Position numbers and translations under genes: made by a program
Part shown: piece by piece, positions 1-8,513 of the stretch
How the letters are laid out: every line of letters starts with the position of its first letter
Numbering within the stretch: position 1 is the stretch's first letter
Assembly: GCA_963664435.2 (NCBI GenBank)
Contig: CAXXKM010000002.1
Coordinates: 992,001-1,056,000, forward strand
Origin: Longimicrobiales bacterium
GTDB taxonomy: Bacteria; Gemmatimonadota; Gemmatimonadetes; Longimicrobiales; Gaopeijiaceae
Direction of reading: 5' to 3'
Length of the DNA: 64,000 bases
Notes under the pieces: generated by a model
The model's input: only the letters and a program-made list of their open reading frames with translations
Told to the model about the DNA's origin: nothing
The model's database searches: none

Positions 1-206
1 GAGTCGACCCCCACGCCGATGGTCGAGCCCAGGATCCAGTGGTTGGGCAGCGGCCTGGGCCAGAGCGGGTCCACCTCGAAGATGGGGGCTTCGCCCGTCA
101 TGTCGGGGGCCTGGCTGGCCGACTCGATGGTACAGGAGGAGAGTGCCACGATACCGGCGGCGGCGACACACGTCAGCGCGGAGGAAAGGATGCGTGGGTG
201 GTTCAT
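1..206 (-). CDS. NHL-repeat/beta-propeller lipoprotein, N-terminal part (runs off the window)
   Basis: Hand translation from ATG at 206: MNHPRILSSALTCVAAAGIVALSSC...APIFEVDPLWPRPLPNHWILGSTIGVGVD. Lipobox-like LSSC, GAAGGAG RBS upstream; the FEVDPxWPxPLPNxW start is typical of NHL-repeat proteins. Confidence 0.7.
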   Translation of the reverse strand, partial: MNHPRILSSALTCVAAAGIVALSSCTIESASQAPDMTGEAPIFEVDPLWPRPLPNHWILGSTIGVGVD

Positions 207-370
207 GGCGTGACTCCTTCGGTACGATGCTTGCAACGTGGCTCCCCGCCCAGCGGCGAACCATGATGAGCCCGGGCGGCGAACGCGTAACCGGAAATCG
301 TGTAGGACAACGTTCCGGATGCGCAAGTAGCAGCGCTCGGGACCGGCCTCCAACTTACCGGGAGACCTCC

Positions 371-1126
371 ATGAATCGACAGACCGTGCCGTCATTCCTC
401 GCAGTGGTCCTTGCGGCTGGAACGTTCCAGCCGGCCGCATTGCATGCCCAGGAGGGAAGCGGATTCCTCTTCAGCCGTCCCGGCGCCACCTTCAACTTCC
501 GAACCGGATACGACATCCCCCGCGCGAACAGCGACGTCTTCAGCTACACGAGCGAGTTGCTCACCTTGGAGAAGAGCAGCTTTGCCGCTCCGGTCATCTC
601 GGTGGACATCGGCGTACGGCTCACCGAGCGGCTCGAGCTGGTGGGGGGCATGGGATATGCGAAGAGCGTGATCCCATCGGAGTTCCGCGACTGGGAAGAC
701 AACAGCGGCCAGCCAATCGAGCAGGTCACGACCCACTCGAAGCTTCCCTTCACGGTGAGCGCCCGCTACTACCTGCGTGATCGTGGGCGCAGCCTGAGCC
801 GCTTCGCCTGGGTGCCGTCGCAACTGGTGCCCTACGTGGGAGCGGGAGCGGGCGGAAACGTGTACAAGTTCGAGCAGGACGGGGACTTCGTCGACATCGA
901 GACGCTCGACGTCTTCAACGACCTGCTGGTGTCGGGCGGCACGGCTCCCTTCGTGCATGTCTTCAGTGGCATCGAGTACGCGCTGGGCGCGCGATTCGTG
1001 CTGACGGCCGAAGGGCGTTATTCTTGGTCCAGTAGCCCCATGGACCGTTCGTTCGAGGGGTTTGAAAACATCGATCTGTCCGGCTTCCAGATTCTCGCGG
1101 GAGTTGGAATCCGCATGAGCGGGTGA
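371..1126 (+). CDS. outer-membrane beta-barrel protein
   Basis: GGAGA RBS then MNRQTVPSF; signal peptide ending ALHA-QE; alternating beta-strand pattern (VPYVGAGAG, LTAEGRYSW, LAGVGIRM). Confidence 0.7.
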   Translation: MNRQTVPSFLAVVLAAGTFQPAALHAQEGSGFLFSRPGATFNFRTGYDIPRANSDVFSYTSELLTLEKSSFAAPVISVDIGVRLTERLELVGGMGYAKSVIPSEFRDWEDNSGQPIEQVTTHSKLPFTVSARYYLRDRGRSLSRFAWVPSQLVPYVGAGAGGNVYKFEQDGDFVDIETLDVFNDLLVSGGTAPFVHVFSGIEYALGARFVLTAEGRYSWSSSPMDRSFEGFENIDLSGFQILAGVGIRMSG

Positions 1127-1173
1127 CCGCGGTGCCGCCGGATGGAAGCCAGGTGTCAGTGGAGGGAAGGAAC

Positions 1174-2436
1174 ATGAAAGCACATCACGAAGCTCTGATG
1201 GCCGTCGCACGGCGATGTTCGGTCGCTGCGTTGCTGTTTGTGGTCGCCGCCGTCCCCGTGCAAGGACAGTCCGAGGTCGGCAGCTGGCTGGCGTTTACGG
1301 GATGCTGGACGCCCCTGGAACAGGACGCCGAGGAGAGGCCGACCCTGTGCGTGGTGCCCGGAGAGGACCGGTTCTCGGCCGAGTTCGTTACCGTGCGCGA
1401 CGGCGAAGTCGTGTCGCGCGAAGTGGCGCGCGCCGATGCACGTCCCGTGGACGCCTCGCAGGAGGGGTGCGAGGGCACCACCACCTGGCGCTTCTCGCAG
1501 GACGGCCACCGGGTGTATCATCGCTCCGAGCACGTCTGCGACGGCACGGTGACCCGGAAGGGCTCGGGCATGATGGTCATGTTGAACCCCACCGAGTGGA
1601 TGGACGTCAGCGCGGTGGAGGTCGAAGGCGAGGTGACGCCCTGGGTGCAGCGCTATCGCATGGCGGGCATCATGGCGACGCAGGCGGCCGGATACGCCGG
1701 CCTCGGAGACGACCAGGAGATGGCGATCCGGGCCGCGCGCATGTACTCCACCACGTCGCCGACCATCGCCGCGATCATCGAGGCCGGCCAGACACTGCAC
1801 GCCGAGACGGTGCAGGCCTGGCTGGTCGAGAGCGAGCCCGACCTGAACGTGAACGCGGAGCAGCTCATCCGGATCGCGGACGCGGGCGTGGATTCGGAAG
1901 TGATCGATGTGGTGGTCGCGGTCGCGAATCCGCAGCGCTTCCAGCTCCGCGAAGAGGATCGCACGGGTGTTGCGCTCGCCAGGCAGGACCGCGACCGCGA
2001 CCGGAACCGCCGCAGGGTGGGCACGGCCCCCTGGTACTATTCGCCGTTCGGCTTCGGCTACTATGACGGGTATGGGTCTTACGGGTACGGGTATTCTCCC
2101 TATCGGTACGGCTACAACCCGTACTCCTACGGGCGTGGCTACGGGATGGGGTACGGATACGGCGGCTACTACGGGATCGGATACCGGCCGGTAGTGGTTC
2201 AGGTGAGCGAGCGCCCGGCCGAGCAGCGCGGCAGGCTGGTCAGAGGCCTCGGGTACGTTCGCGGCGGCGACCGCGGCAGATCCACCGCGGTGGGCAGCGA
2301 CGGCAGAGGCACGTGGTCGTCCGGCGGGTCCGGCAGCGGAGGTTCGTCGGTGGGCGCCTCCTCCGGCGGCTACAGGGGCGGGTCCGGCAGTTCGACGGGC
2401 CGCACCGCCCGCCGGCGGGGAGGGAGTGGCGGCTAG
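1174..2436 (+). CDS. secreted hypothetical protein with Tyr/Gly-rich and Gly/Ser/Arg-rich C-terminal tail
   Basis: GGAAGG RBS before ATG 1174, signal peptide, paired Cys in the N-terminal domain, host-like codon usage. Confidence 0.75.
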   Translation: MKAHHEALMAVARRCSVAALLFVVAAVPVQGQSEVGSWLAFTGCWTPLEQDAEERPTLCVVPGEDRFSAEFVTVRDGEVVSREVARADARPVDASQEGCEGTTTWRFSQDGHRVYHRSEHVCDGTVTRKGSGMMVMLNPTEWMDVSAVEVEGEVTPWVQRYRMAGIMATQAAGYAGLGDDQEMAIRAARMYSTTSPTIAAIIEAGQTLHAETVQAWLVESEPDLNVNAEQLIRIADAGVDSEVIDVVVAVANPQRFQLREEDRTGVALARQDRDRDRNRRRVGTAPWYYSPFGFGYYDGYGSYGYGYSPYRYGYNPYSYGRGYGMGYGYGGYYGIGYRPVVVQVSERPAEQRGRLVRGLGYVRGGDRGRSTAVGSDGRGTWSSGGSGSGGSSVGASSGGYRGGSGSSTGRTARRRGGSGG

Positions 2437-2461
2437 CCCAGCCGGGAACCCGCTCGGGCTG

Positions 2462-2497
2462 GCGCCGGGAGATACCTTCTCCCGGCGCTTTTTCCTT
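2462..2497 (+). terminator. rho-independent terminator
   Basis: GCGCCGGGAGA-tacct-TCTCCCGGCGC hairpin followed by TTTTTCCTT. Confidence 0.8.
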
Positions 2498-2556
2498 TCA
2501 ACCGGACAGGATTCCTAGTGGGAGCAAACTCTGTGTTTCCGGCAGCGATTCGGCGA

Positions 2557-4836
2557 ATGGCCCGCAATCATTCCCGTATTCGGCGGCCGCGCCGGGGCGT
2601 TCATGCCCTGGCGATCGCGGCCCTTCTGGCCATCGCGTCGGCCGCGCCCCTCTCTGCCCAGAACGGCCAGAACGGGCACAGTGTCACGGCCTCCCGCGTG
2701 GACGTGGCGCCGGTCCTGGACGGCGTCCTGGACGAGCCGGTCTGGAGTGCGACCGAAGCCATCGACGCCTTCGTGCAGCAGGAGCCCGAAGAGGGCGCTC
2801 CGGCGTCCGAGCGCACCGAAGCCCGCATCCTCTACGACGGGGAGAACCTCTACATCGGGGTGCGTGCCTTCGACTCGGAGCCCGAGGGGGTCATCGCCAC
2901 CGAGATGCGCCGCGACTCGGACCGCATTCTGGACGAGGACAACTTCCAGATCATCCTCGACACCTTCAGGGACTTCCGATCCGCCTACATGTTCGTCACC
3001 ACGCCGCTGGGGGCCAAGCTGGAGCAGCAGGTCTTCGAGGAAGGCGAGGGGGCCGGCCGGCGCGGCTTCGGAGTGGCGACCAACATCAACAAGGACTGGG
3101 ACGGGGTCTGGCACGTCAGCGCGCGCAGGACCGATGACGGCTGGGCTGCGGAGATCGCCATTCCGATGGTCACCCTGCGCTTTCCCGACGAGGAGCGCCA
3201 GGAGTGGGGCATCAACTTCATGCGCAACATCCGCCGCAAGAACGAACAGGCGTTCTGGGCGGGCATTCCGAAGCCGTACACCCTCACGCGCGTGAGCCTT
3301 GCCGGCAGCCTGACGGGTCTCGAGTCGCTCAACCGGGGCATGGACCTGCGCGTCAAGCCGTTCGTCACCGGTGGCGGGACGCGCGTGGCGACCCGGGGCG
3401 TGGTGGAGAACGACGGGCAGCGTGATATCGGCTTCGACATCAAGTACGGGGTCTCGGCCGGGCTGAACCTGGACGTTACCTACAGGACCGATTTCGCCCA
3501 GGCGGAAGTCGACGACGAGCAGGTCAACCTCACCCGTTTCGCCCTCTTCTATCCCGAGAAGCGGGAGTTCTTCCTGGAGAACTCGGGCCAGTTCAACGTC
3601 GGCACCAACAGCGCCTTCATGCGCGTGGCGGACCTGTTCTTCAGCCGGCGCATCGGGTTGTCCGAGACGGGCGACCCCATCCCCATCCTCGCGGGCGCCC
3701 GGCTCACCGGGAAGGTGGGGCGCAACAACATCGCGGTCATGGACATCCAGACCGACGGCCTTCCCGGCGACGTTGCCCAGGGGGGGATGCCCGGCCGCGA
3801 CGGCGAGAACTTCTTCGTCGCCCGCTACAGCCGCGACATCATGGCGCGTTCGAAGGTGGGTGCGCTGGTCATCAACAAGCACGTGGGCAACGGCCACTAC
3901 GTCAACCGCACCTTCGCCGCGGACATGACGCTGGCTCCGCACCCCGCTTTCCTGGTGAACAGCTTCATCGCCAAGACCTCGACCACGGGGGTCACCGACG
4001 GCCAGCTCGCCGGCTACATCCGGCTCGGCTGGCTCGACGAGGACTGGAACGTCTACGGCGAGTACGCGGACTTCCAGGAGAACTTCAACCCGGAGGTGGG
4101 CTTCCTGCCGCGCAACGGGATCCGCATCAGCAAGCTCCACCTGGAGCGAAATCCCAGGCCGGGCCGCTTCGGGGTGCGCGTCTTCGACCCGATGGTCAAC
4201 ATCACCTACACGACCGACCAGAACAATCGGCTGGTGACCCGCCGCATCCACCACATGCTGGGGACGAGGCTCCAGAACGGGGCCTACATCAACGTCTGGT
4301 ACAACGCCAATCTGGAAGTGCTCGACGACCCCTTCCGGGTGCGGCCGGATGTGGTGGTGGCGCCGGGGACCTACCGCTTCGGCGACTGGCGCTTCTCGTT
4401 CAACAGCGATCCTTCGCGCCGGCTCTACGGGACCGTCTACTACTCTCCGCAGACCTTCTTCGACGGCGACCGCACCGACTACAGCGCGAGCGCGGGCTTC
4501 AGGCTGACCAGCCAGCTGGCCGCCGAGGGGGCGTTCACGCGCAACGACGTCCGCCTGCCCGGGGGCGACTTCAGCGCCGACATCGCGTCGTTCCGCATCG
4601 ATTACGCGCTCTCGCCGACGATGACGCTGCGCTCCCTGACGCAGTACAACTCGCTCACCGACCAGTGGAGCACCGCGGCCCGCTTCAACTACATCTACCG
4701 GCCGGGGAGCGACATCTACATCGTCTACGACGAATTGCGCCGAAACACCTACGACGAGTTCGGCAGGTACAACGAATTCGCGTCGTTCCGCGAGCGGCAG
4801 CTGATCGTCAAGGTCACCTACCTGTTCTCGCGATAG
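2557..4836 (+). CDS. CBM9-like + DUF5916 outer-membrane protein
   Basis: Signal peptide; APVLDGVLDEPVW, WxAEIAIP, DFAQAEVD and LFYPEKREFFLE motifs; beta-barrel-like C-terminus. Start could also be 2518. Confidence 0.85.
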   Translation: MARNHSRIRRPRRGVHALAIAALLAIASAAPLSAQNGQNGHSVTASRVDVAPVLDGVLDEPVWSATEAIDAFVQQEPEEGAPASERTEARILYDGENLYIGVRAFDSEPEGVIATEMRRDSDRILDEDNFQIILDTFRDFRSAYMFVTTPLGAKLEQQVFEEGEGAGRRGFGVATNINKDWDGVWHVSARRTDDGWAAEIAIPMVTLRFPDEERQEWGINFMRNIRRKNEQAFWAGIPKPYTLTRVSLAGSLTGLESLNRGMDLRVKPFVTGGGTRVATRGVVENDGQRDIGFDIKYGVSAGLNLDVTYRTDFAQAEVDDEQVNLTRFALFYPEKREFFLENSGQFNVGTNSAFMRVADLFFSRRIGLSETGDPIPILAGARLTGKVGRNNIAVMDIQTDGLPGDVAQGGMPGRDGENFFVARYSRDIMARSKVGALVINKHVGNGHYVNRTFAADMTLAPHPAFLVNSFIAKTSTTGVTDGQLAGYIRLGWLDEDWNVYGEYADFQENFNPEVGFLPRNGIRISKLHLERNPRPGRFGVRVFDPMVNITYTTDQNNRLVTRRIHHMLGTRLQNGAYINVWYNANLEVLDDPFRVRPDVVVAPGTYRFGDWRFSFNSDPSRRLYGTVYYSPQTFFDGDRTDYSASAGFRLTSQLAAEGAFTRNDVRLPGGDFSADIASFRIDYALSPTMTLRSLTQYNSLTDQWSTAARFNYIYRPGSDIYIVYDELRRNTYDEFGRYNEFASFRERQLIVKVTYLFSR

Positions 4837-4887
4837 CCGCGTCTTTTTTCGGCAGCCTCTCGCGACAGTTCCGGATTCGCCCGCGCT

Positions 4888-5289
4888 CTATGCGGGGCTG
4901 TCGGCGTGTTCCGCGATCAGGAAGCGCCAGCGCAGCTGGAGCACGAACCAGAGCAGGGAAGCGACGGCCAGAATCAGGGTGCCGAGCGCCGAGCTGAGGA
5001 GCGCGACCTTGATGCCGCCCCAGACCAGGACGTCCGAGAGTCCGCCCATGGTCTCGATGGCCTGAGCGGCGATGATGATCCCCACCAGCGTGCCCAGCAC
5101 ACCGCTGACGGCCGCGAATCCTCCCCAGAACAGGATGGCGTCGATCCAGGTTCTGGCGTGCCGGTCCGGCATGGTATCGCGCCATACCAGCCGCAGCGAC
5201 CACAGCGCGAGGACGGTGATGACCAGCAGCGAGAATGTCAGGGGCCAGCGAATGACACCGAGAGCTTCGAAGGCTTCCATGGCGGTCAT
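4888..5289 (-). CDS. short MotA/TolQ/ExbB proton-channel family protein
   Basis: ATG 5289 overlaps the upstream stop (ATGA); GVLGTLVGIIIAAQAIE...LVWGGIKVALLSSALG matches the ExbB TM2-TM3 signature also seen at 22308-23027. Confidence 0.75.
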   Translation of the reverse strand: MTAMEAFEALGVIRWPLTFSLLVITVLALWSLRLVWRDTMPDRHARTWIDAILFWGGFAAVSGVLGTLVGIIIAAQAIETMGGLSDVLVWGGIKVALLSSALGTLILAVASLLWFVLQLRWRFLIAEHADSPA

Positions 5290-6131
5290 GAGGGTTCTCC
5301 CAGGGATGCGGGGTGGTGTGTGGGCGCAGGATCGGGGGTTCGCCCTGTTGGTTCCGCTGGCCGGAGCGGGTTGGCGAAGATGTCGGCGCGAAGGACGGGC
5401 GGGTGGCCCAGCAGCTCGGCGCGTGCGCCGGAGACGAGCGCGAGCCAGTGTGCCGGTATGAACCAGGCCAGCCCTCCGGCAAGGGCCAGCAGCAGAGAAA
5501 ACGATAGCAGGACGCAGCTCCCGAACAGCCACTCGAGAAGGAGCGATCCGGCCAGCCCGGGCTCGGCCTCCAGAATCCCGGCGAGCCGGAAGAAGTCGGC
5601 GAGGACGCCGAAAACGCCGGTGGCCAGCGTCAGGCCGGACAGGAGCAGGATCGTGCGGAAGTTCGCTGCCGGATCCTGGTGGTCGTGCTTGATCCACAGC
5701 CTGAACGACTGTGCGGCGATGGCCGCGAACAGGAACGCGCCCAGGCCGAGGACCGGCCACAGGAAGGGCGACGCATGGCGGAGCCAGTCGGCGCGCAGGA
5801 GCAGGAGGGTCTCCGCGAGAAGCACGGCCACGGTGGCCAGGACGAGCGCCGAGCGCTCGATGGTTCGCAGGCGGCCGGGGCTGAAGTGGCGGGTGAGCCG
5901 GCGGTAGTGGGGGACGTGCAGCCGGTCGAGTTCGCGGAGCGTGGCCCCATCGGGCACGAGGGCGTCCAGCGCGCGGGCACGAGCTTCCTTCGCCGGCATG
6001 CCCCGGATTTCGAATTCGCCCGAGAGCGCCTTGAGGTCGAACTCGAGTTCCCGCAGGATCCTCACGCGGTCCGGGAGGGGAACCGACAGATCCCGGTCCA
6101 GCCTGCGCAGCGTCGGCAGGAACGCACTCAC
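5286..6131 (-). CDS. membrane protein: N-terminal helical (HAAS-like) domain plus about 4 TM segments
   Basis: GTGA overlap with padR; N-terminal DRVRILRELEFDL...RGMPAKEARARALDAL followed by hydrophobic segments. Confidence 0.7.
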   Translation of the reverse strand: MSAFLPTLRRLDRDLSVPLPDRVRILRELEFDLKALSGEFEIRGMPAKEARARALDALVPDGATLRELDRLHVPHYRRLTRHFSPGRLRTIERSALVLATVAVLLAETLLLLRADWLRHASPFLWPVLGLGAFLFAAIAAQSFRLWIKHDHQDPAANFRTILLLSGLTLATGVFGVLADFFRLAGILEAEPGLAGSLLLEWLFGSCVLLSFSLLLALAGGLAWFIPAHWLALVSGARAELLGHPPVLRADIFANPLRPAEPTGRTPDPAPTHHPASLGEPS

Positions 6132-6499
6132 GCCGGGACCTCCCGCGCGCGGCGAAGCATCCGCATGAGCCCGGACATGATATCCTCGACCCGGTCCGCC
6201 TCTCCGCTCAGATGTCGGCGGCCGCCATCGGTCAGCGAATAGACCTTCTTCCTCCGGCCCTTCCCGCTCGACCAGCGGCCGTGGATGAGCCCCTTCGCGT
6301 CCATCCGGTGCAGGATCGGATACAGGGTGCCGTGTCGGAACCGGAAGACGCCGTTGCTGTGCGCCTCCACGTCCAGGGCGATCTGGTAGCCGTGCCGGGG
6401 GCCCTCGCGCAGTGCGGCGAGGACCAACAGCTCGTGGATTCCCCGGGCGAAGCCCTGCGCGTCGAATTCCTGGCCGCCGGGGGTGCCTGACTTGCTCAT
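6128..6499 (-). CDS. PadR family transcriptional regulator
   Basis: LLVLAALREGPRHGYQI, GTLYPILHRM and RRKKVYSLTDGGR are PadR wHTH motifs; GGAGG RBS upstream of ATG 6499. Confidence 0.92.
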   Translation of the reverse strand: MSKSGTPGGQEFDAQGFARGIHELLVLAALREGPRHGYQIALDVEAHSNGVFRFRHGTLYPILHRMDAKGLIHGRWSSGKGRRKKVYSLTDGGRRHLSGEADRVEDIMSGLMRMLRRAREVPA

Positions 6500-6669
6500 G
6501 GCTGGACTTGCCTCCGTGCGTGAGAGTCGAGTACCGGCGCCTCCGCCGGATGCGATGCGATGGGTCGAACCAGGCGGAAGCCGGTCATGGTTTCGCGCCG
6601 CGGGGCCGGATGAACGCGAACGCTTGAGCATTTTCCGCCACCTCCTCCCGGGTACAACGTATCGGCAAC

Positions 6670-6705
6670 CATCATATCATACAACATCATATCGATTACC
6701 GATAT
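6670..6705. promoter_or_regulatory. candidate PadR operator in an AT-rich promoter patch
   Basis: Palindrome ATATCG-attac-CGATAT (6689-6705) and a CATCATATC direct repeat, about 190 bp upstream of padR. Confidence 0.55.
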
Positions 6706-6785
6706 ATTATCGCAAGACTCGGCCTCCTTCTTCGGAAGGAACTCGACAGTGCCTGTCGGGCGGTCCTGCAGCTTGCGGAAACGCG

Positions 6786-6823
6786 AAAACCCGCCGGGCG
6801 GTCGAGATATGCCCGGCGGGTTT
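6786..6823 (-). terminator. rho-independent terminator of the 6831-7505 gene
   Basis: AAACCCGCCGGGC...GCCCGGCGGGTTT inverted repeat with an A-run on the + strand just past the stop. Confidence 0.75.
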
Positions 6824-6830
6824 GTCCGCG

Positions 6831-7505
6831 TCAGGAAGTCATGGCGGTCAGTTCGATGTCATGGTTGACGCTGAGGCCGCACACGGAGCCCGTGATCGTC
6901 GCGGTCGGGATGGCGCCGCTGAGGGCGGTATCGATCATCGAGATCTCGGAGGTGATGGTGTTGTCGAGATCGCAGTTGCCCGACCTGGTCCCGCTCGTCC
7001 AGCCGAACGAGCCGGAAGACGTGATGTTGATGGAAAAGTTGAAGGTTTCCAGTACAGCGGTGACCGAACCCGTCTGAGCCAGACCCGGATTACTGTCCAG
7101 GACAAAGGTGGCGCCGCCGCCGGTGAACGTGCATCCGCTGGGGGTCAGGGTGCCCGACAGCTCCAGCTCGATGGAGCCCTGGGCCTCGTCAATGGAGATC
7201 ATCACACTCCCCGAGAACGCGGCCTGGCCGCCTTCGGCGCAGGGAGCGGCGGCGTCCACGGGAAGAGGCGCTCCAGGTGGAACGAGCGTGAGCATTTCCG
7301 GATCGCCGTTGAGGAGTATTCCTCCATACGCCAGAAGGCTTCCACCGTACAGCCCCTGCACGAGGGCGTTCGCTTCGTCCTGGGTCATCCGGTCTTCGTC
7401 CGGCTCCGTAGAGCTATTGCAGGCTGTCAGCGCCAGGATGGTCGGGGAGAGCAGCAGGACGAGGAGGAGTTTCAGGGATATCGGCTGAAGATTCTTTGAA
7501 GACAT
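6831..7505 (-). CDS. hypothetical lipoprotein
   Basis: AGGAGG RBS; MSSKNLQPISLKLLLVLLLSPTILALTAC lipobox; Ser/Thr/Gly-rich beta domain with 4 further Cys. Confidence 0.75.
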   Translation of the reverse strand: MSSKNLQPISLKLLLVLLLSPTILALTACNSSTEPDEDRMTQDEANALVQGLYGGSLLAYGGILLNGDPEMLTLVPPGAPLPVDAAAPCAEGGQAAFSGSVMISIDEAQGSIELELSGTLTPSGCTFTGGGATFVLDSNPGLAQTGSVTAVLETFNFSINITSSGSFGWTSGTRSGNCDLDNTITSEISMIDTALSGAIPTATITGSVCGLSVNHDIELTAMTS

Positions 7506-7687
7506 TGTCCAAACCTCCTGAGATGGGTTTGGCGGCGTTCCCCTCCGCCGGCAGTCCGAAACGCGAAGAAGAGAACCCTGCCGCACGTCGTCCTACCCTT
7601 TCAGGATGGGATGGTTCGGAGCCTGATACCCGGCTTTTGGGCCAATGCGGCTCTCGTGCGCCCGTTCGGTCCGGAGACTCCCGCCAT

Positions 7688-7717
7688 TTGACACTTACGG
7701 GTTTTATTCGGTATTTT
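7688..7717 (+). promoter_or_regulatory. sigma-70 promoter of imuA
   Basis: TTGACA-N18-TATTTT ending 8 bp before ATG 7726, implying a leaderless or near-leaderless mRNA. Confidence 0.65.
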
Positions 7718-7725
7718 GTCGGCCC

Positions 7726-8499
7726 ATGTCCCACGTGCCGAAGACGAAGCGGCGAGCGCTGGAGGCGCTGCGCCGGGAGATCCGCCGGATCGAGATTCCG
7801 GGCGAAGCAGGGGTGGCGTGCCTGTCGCCGGGCATCCCGGAAATCGATGGCGCCCTGCCCGGAGGCGGGTTGCGCGCGGGGTGCGTCCATGAGATCGGCG
7901 GGGACGAGGCCGCGACCGGTTTCTGCGCCGTCCTCCTGGCCCGCGCCGGCAGCGCCCCGGGGCCGCTCATGTGGCTGGTGCGCGGGGATGACCTCTATCT
8001 GCCGGGGCTGGTCCGGTACGGGATCGAACCGGGGCGGTTGCTGGTCGCTTCGGGACTGCGGCGGCGGGCCGACATGCTGTGGGCCATGGAGGAGGCGCTG
8101 CGCTGTCGGGCCCTGAGAGGGGTTGTGGCGGAGGTGGACACTCTTGACCGGGCGGCCTCCCGGCGCCTGATGCTGGCGGCCGAAGGCTCGGGCGTACCCG
8201 GGCTGGTGCTGTGGTCCGAGGCCGGGAGGGGAGGAGCGGGACGGGTGCGGGTACCCACGGCCGACAGCCGGTGGCGGGTCACCACCGTTCCGGGGACCGG
8301 GATGACCCGGTGGCGCGTGGAGGTGCTGCACTGCCGGGGCGGGAGACCGGGGTGCTGGGTGGTGGAGATGGCTTCTCCCGGCCGTCCGCCCCGCGCTGCG
8401 CGAGCGTCGCGGGGGATGGCCGCCACGAGGTTGCCCCGTCGTCTCGCCAGGGCCCCGCGGGGGATGGCTGCCCGTGATCTTTCGCGCCTCGCCGGCTGA
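7726..8499 (+). CDS. imuA: ImuA (RecA/SulA-like mutasome protein)
   Basis: IDGALPGGGL...VHEI, LYLPGL, LWAMEEALRC and ASRRLMLAAE motifs; first gene of the cassette. Confidence 0.88.
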   Translation: MSHVPKTKRRALEALRREIRRIEIPGEAGVACLSPGIPEIDGALPGGGLRAGCVHEIGGDEAATGFCAVLLARAGSAPGPLMWLVRGDDLYLPGLVRYGIEPGRLLVASGLRRRADMLWAMEEALRCRALRGVVAEVDTLDRAASRRLMLAAEGSGVPGLVLWSEAGRGGAGRVRVPTADSRWRVTTVPGTGMTRWRVEVLHCRGGRPGCWVVEMASPGRPPRAARASRGMAATRLPRRLARAPRGMAARDLSRLAG

Positions 8500-8513
8500 C
8501 CCGACCCGAAACC

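Noticed and set aside
7560..7640. c-di-GMP-I riboswitch
   Set aside because: A GAAA-capped stem is present, but the GGCAAAC and GACGCAAAG elements are not.
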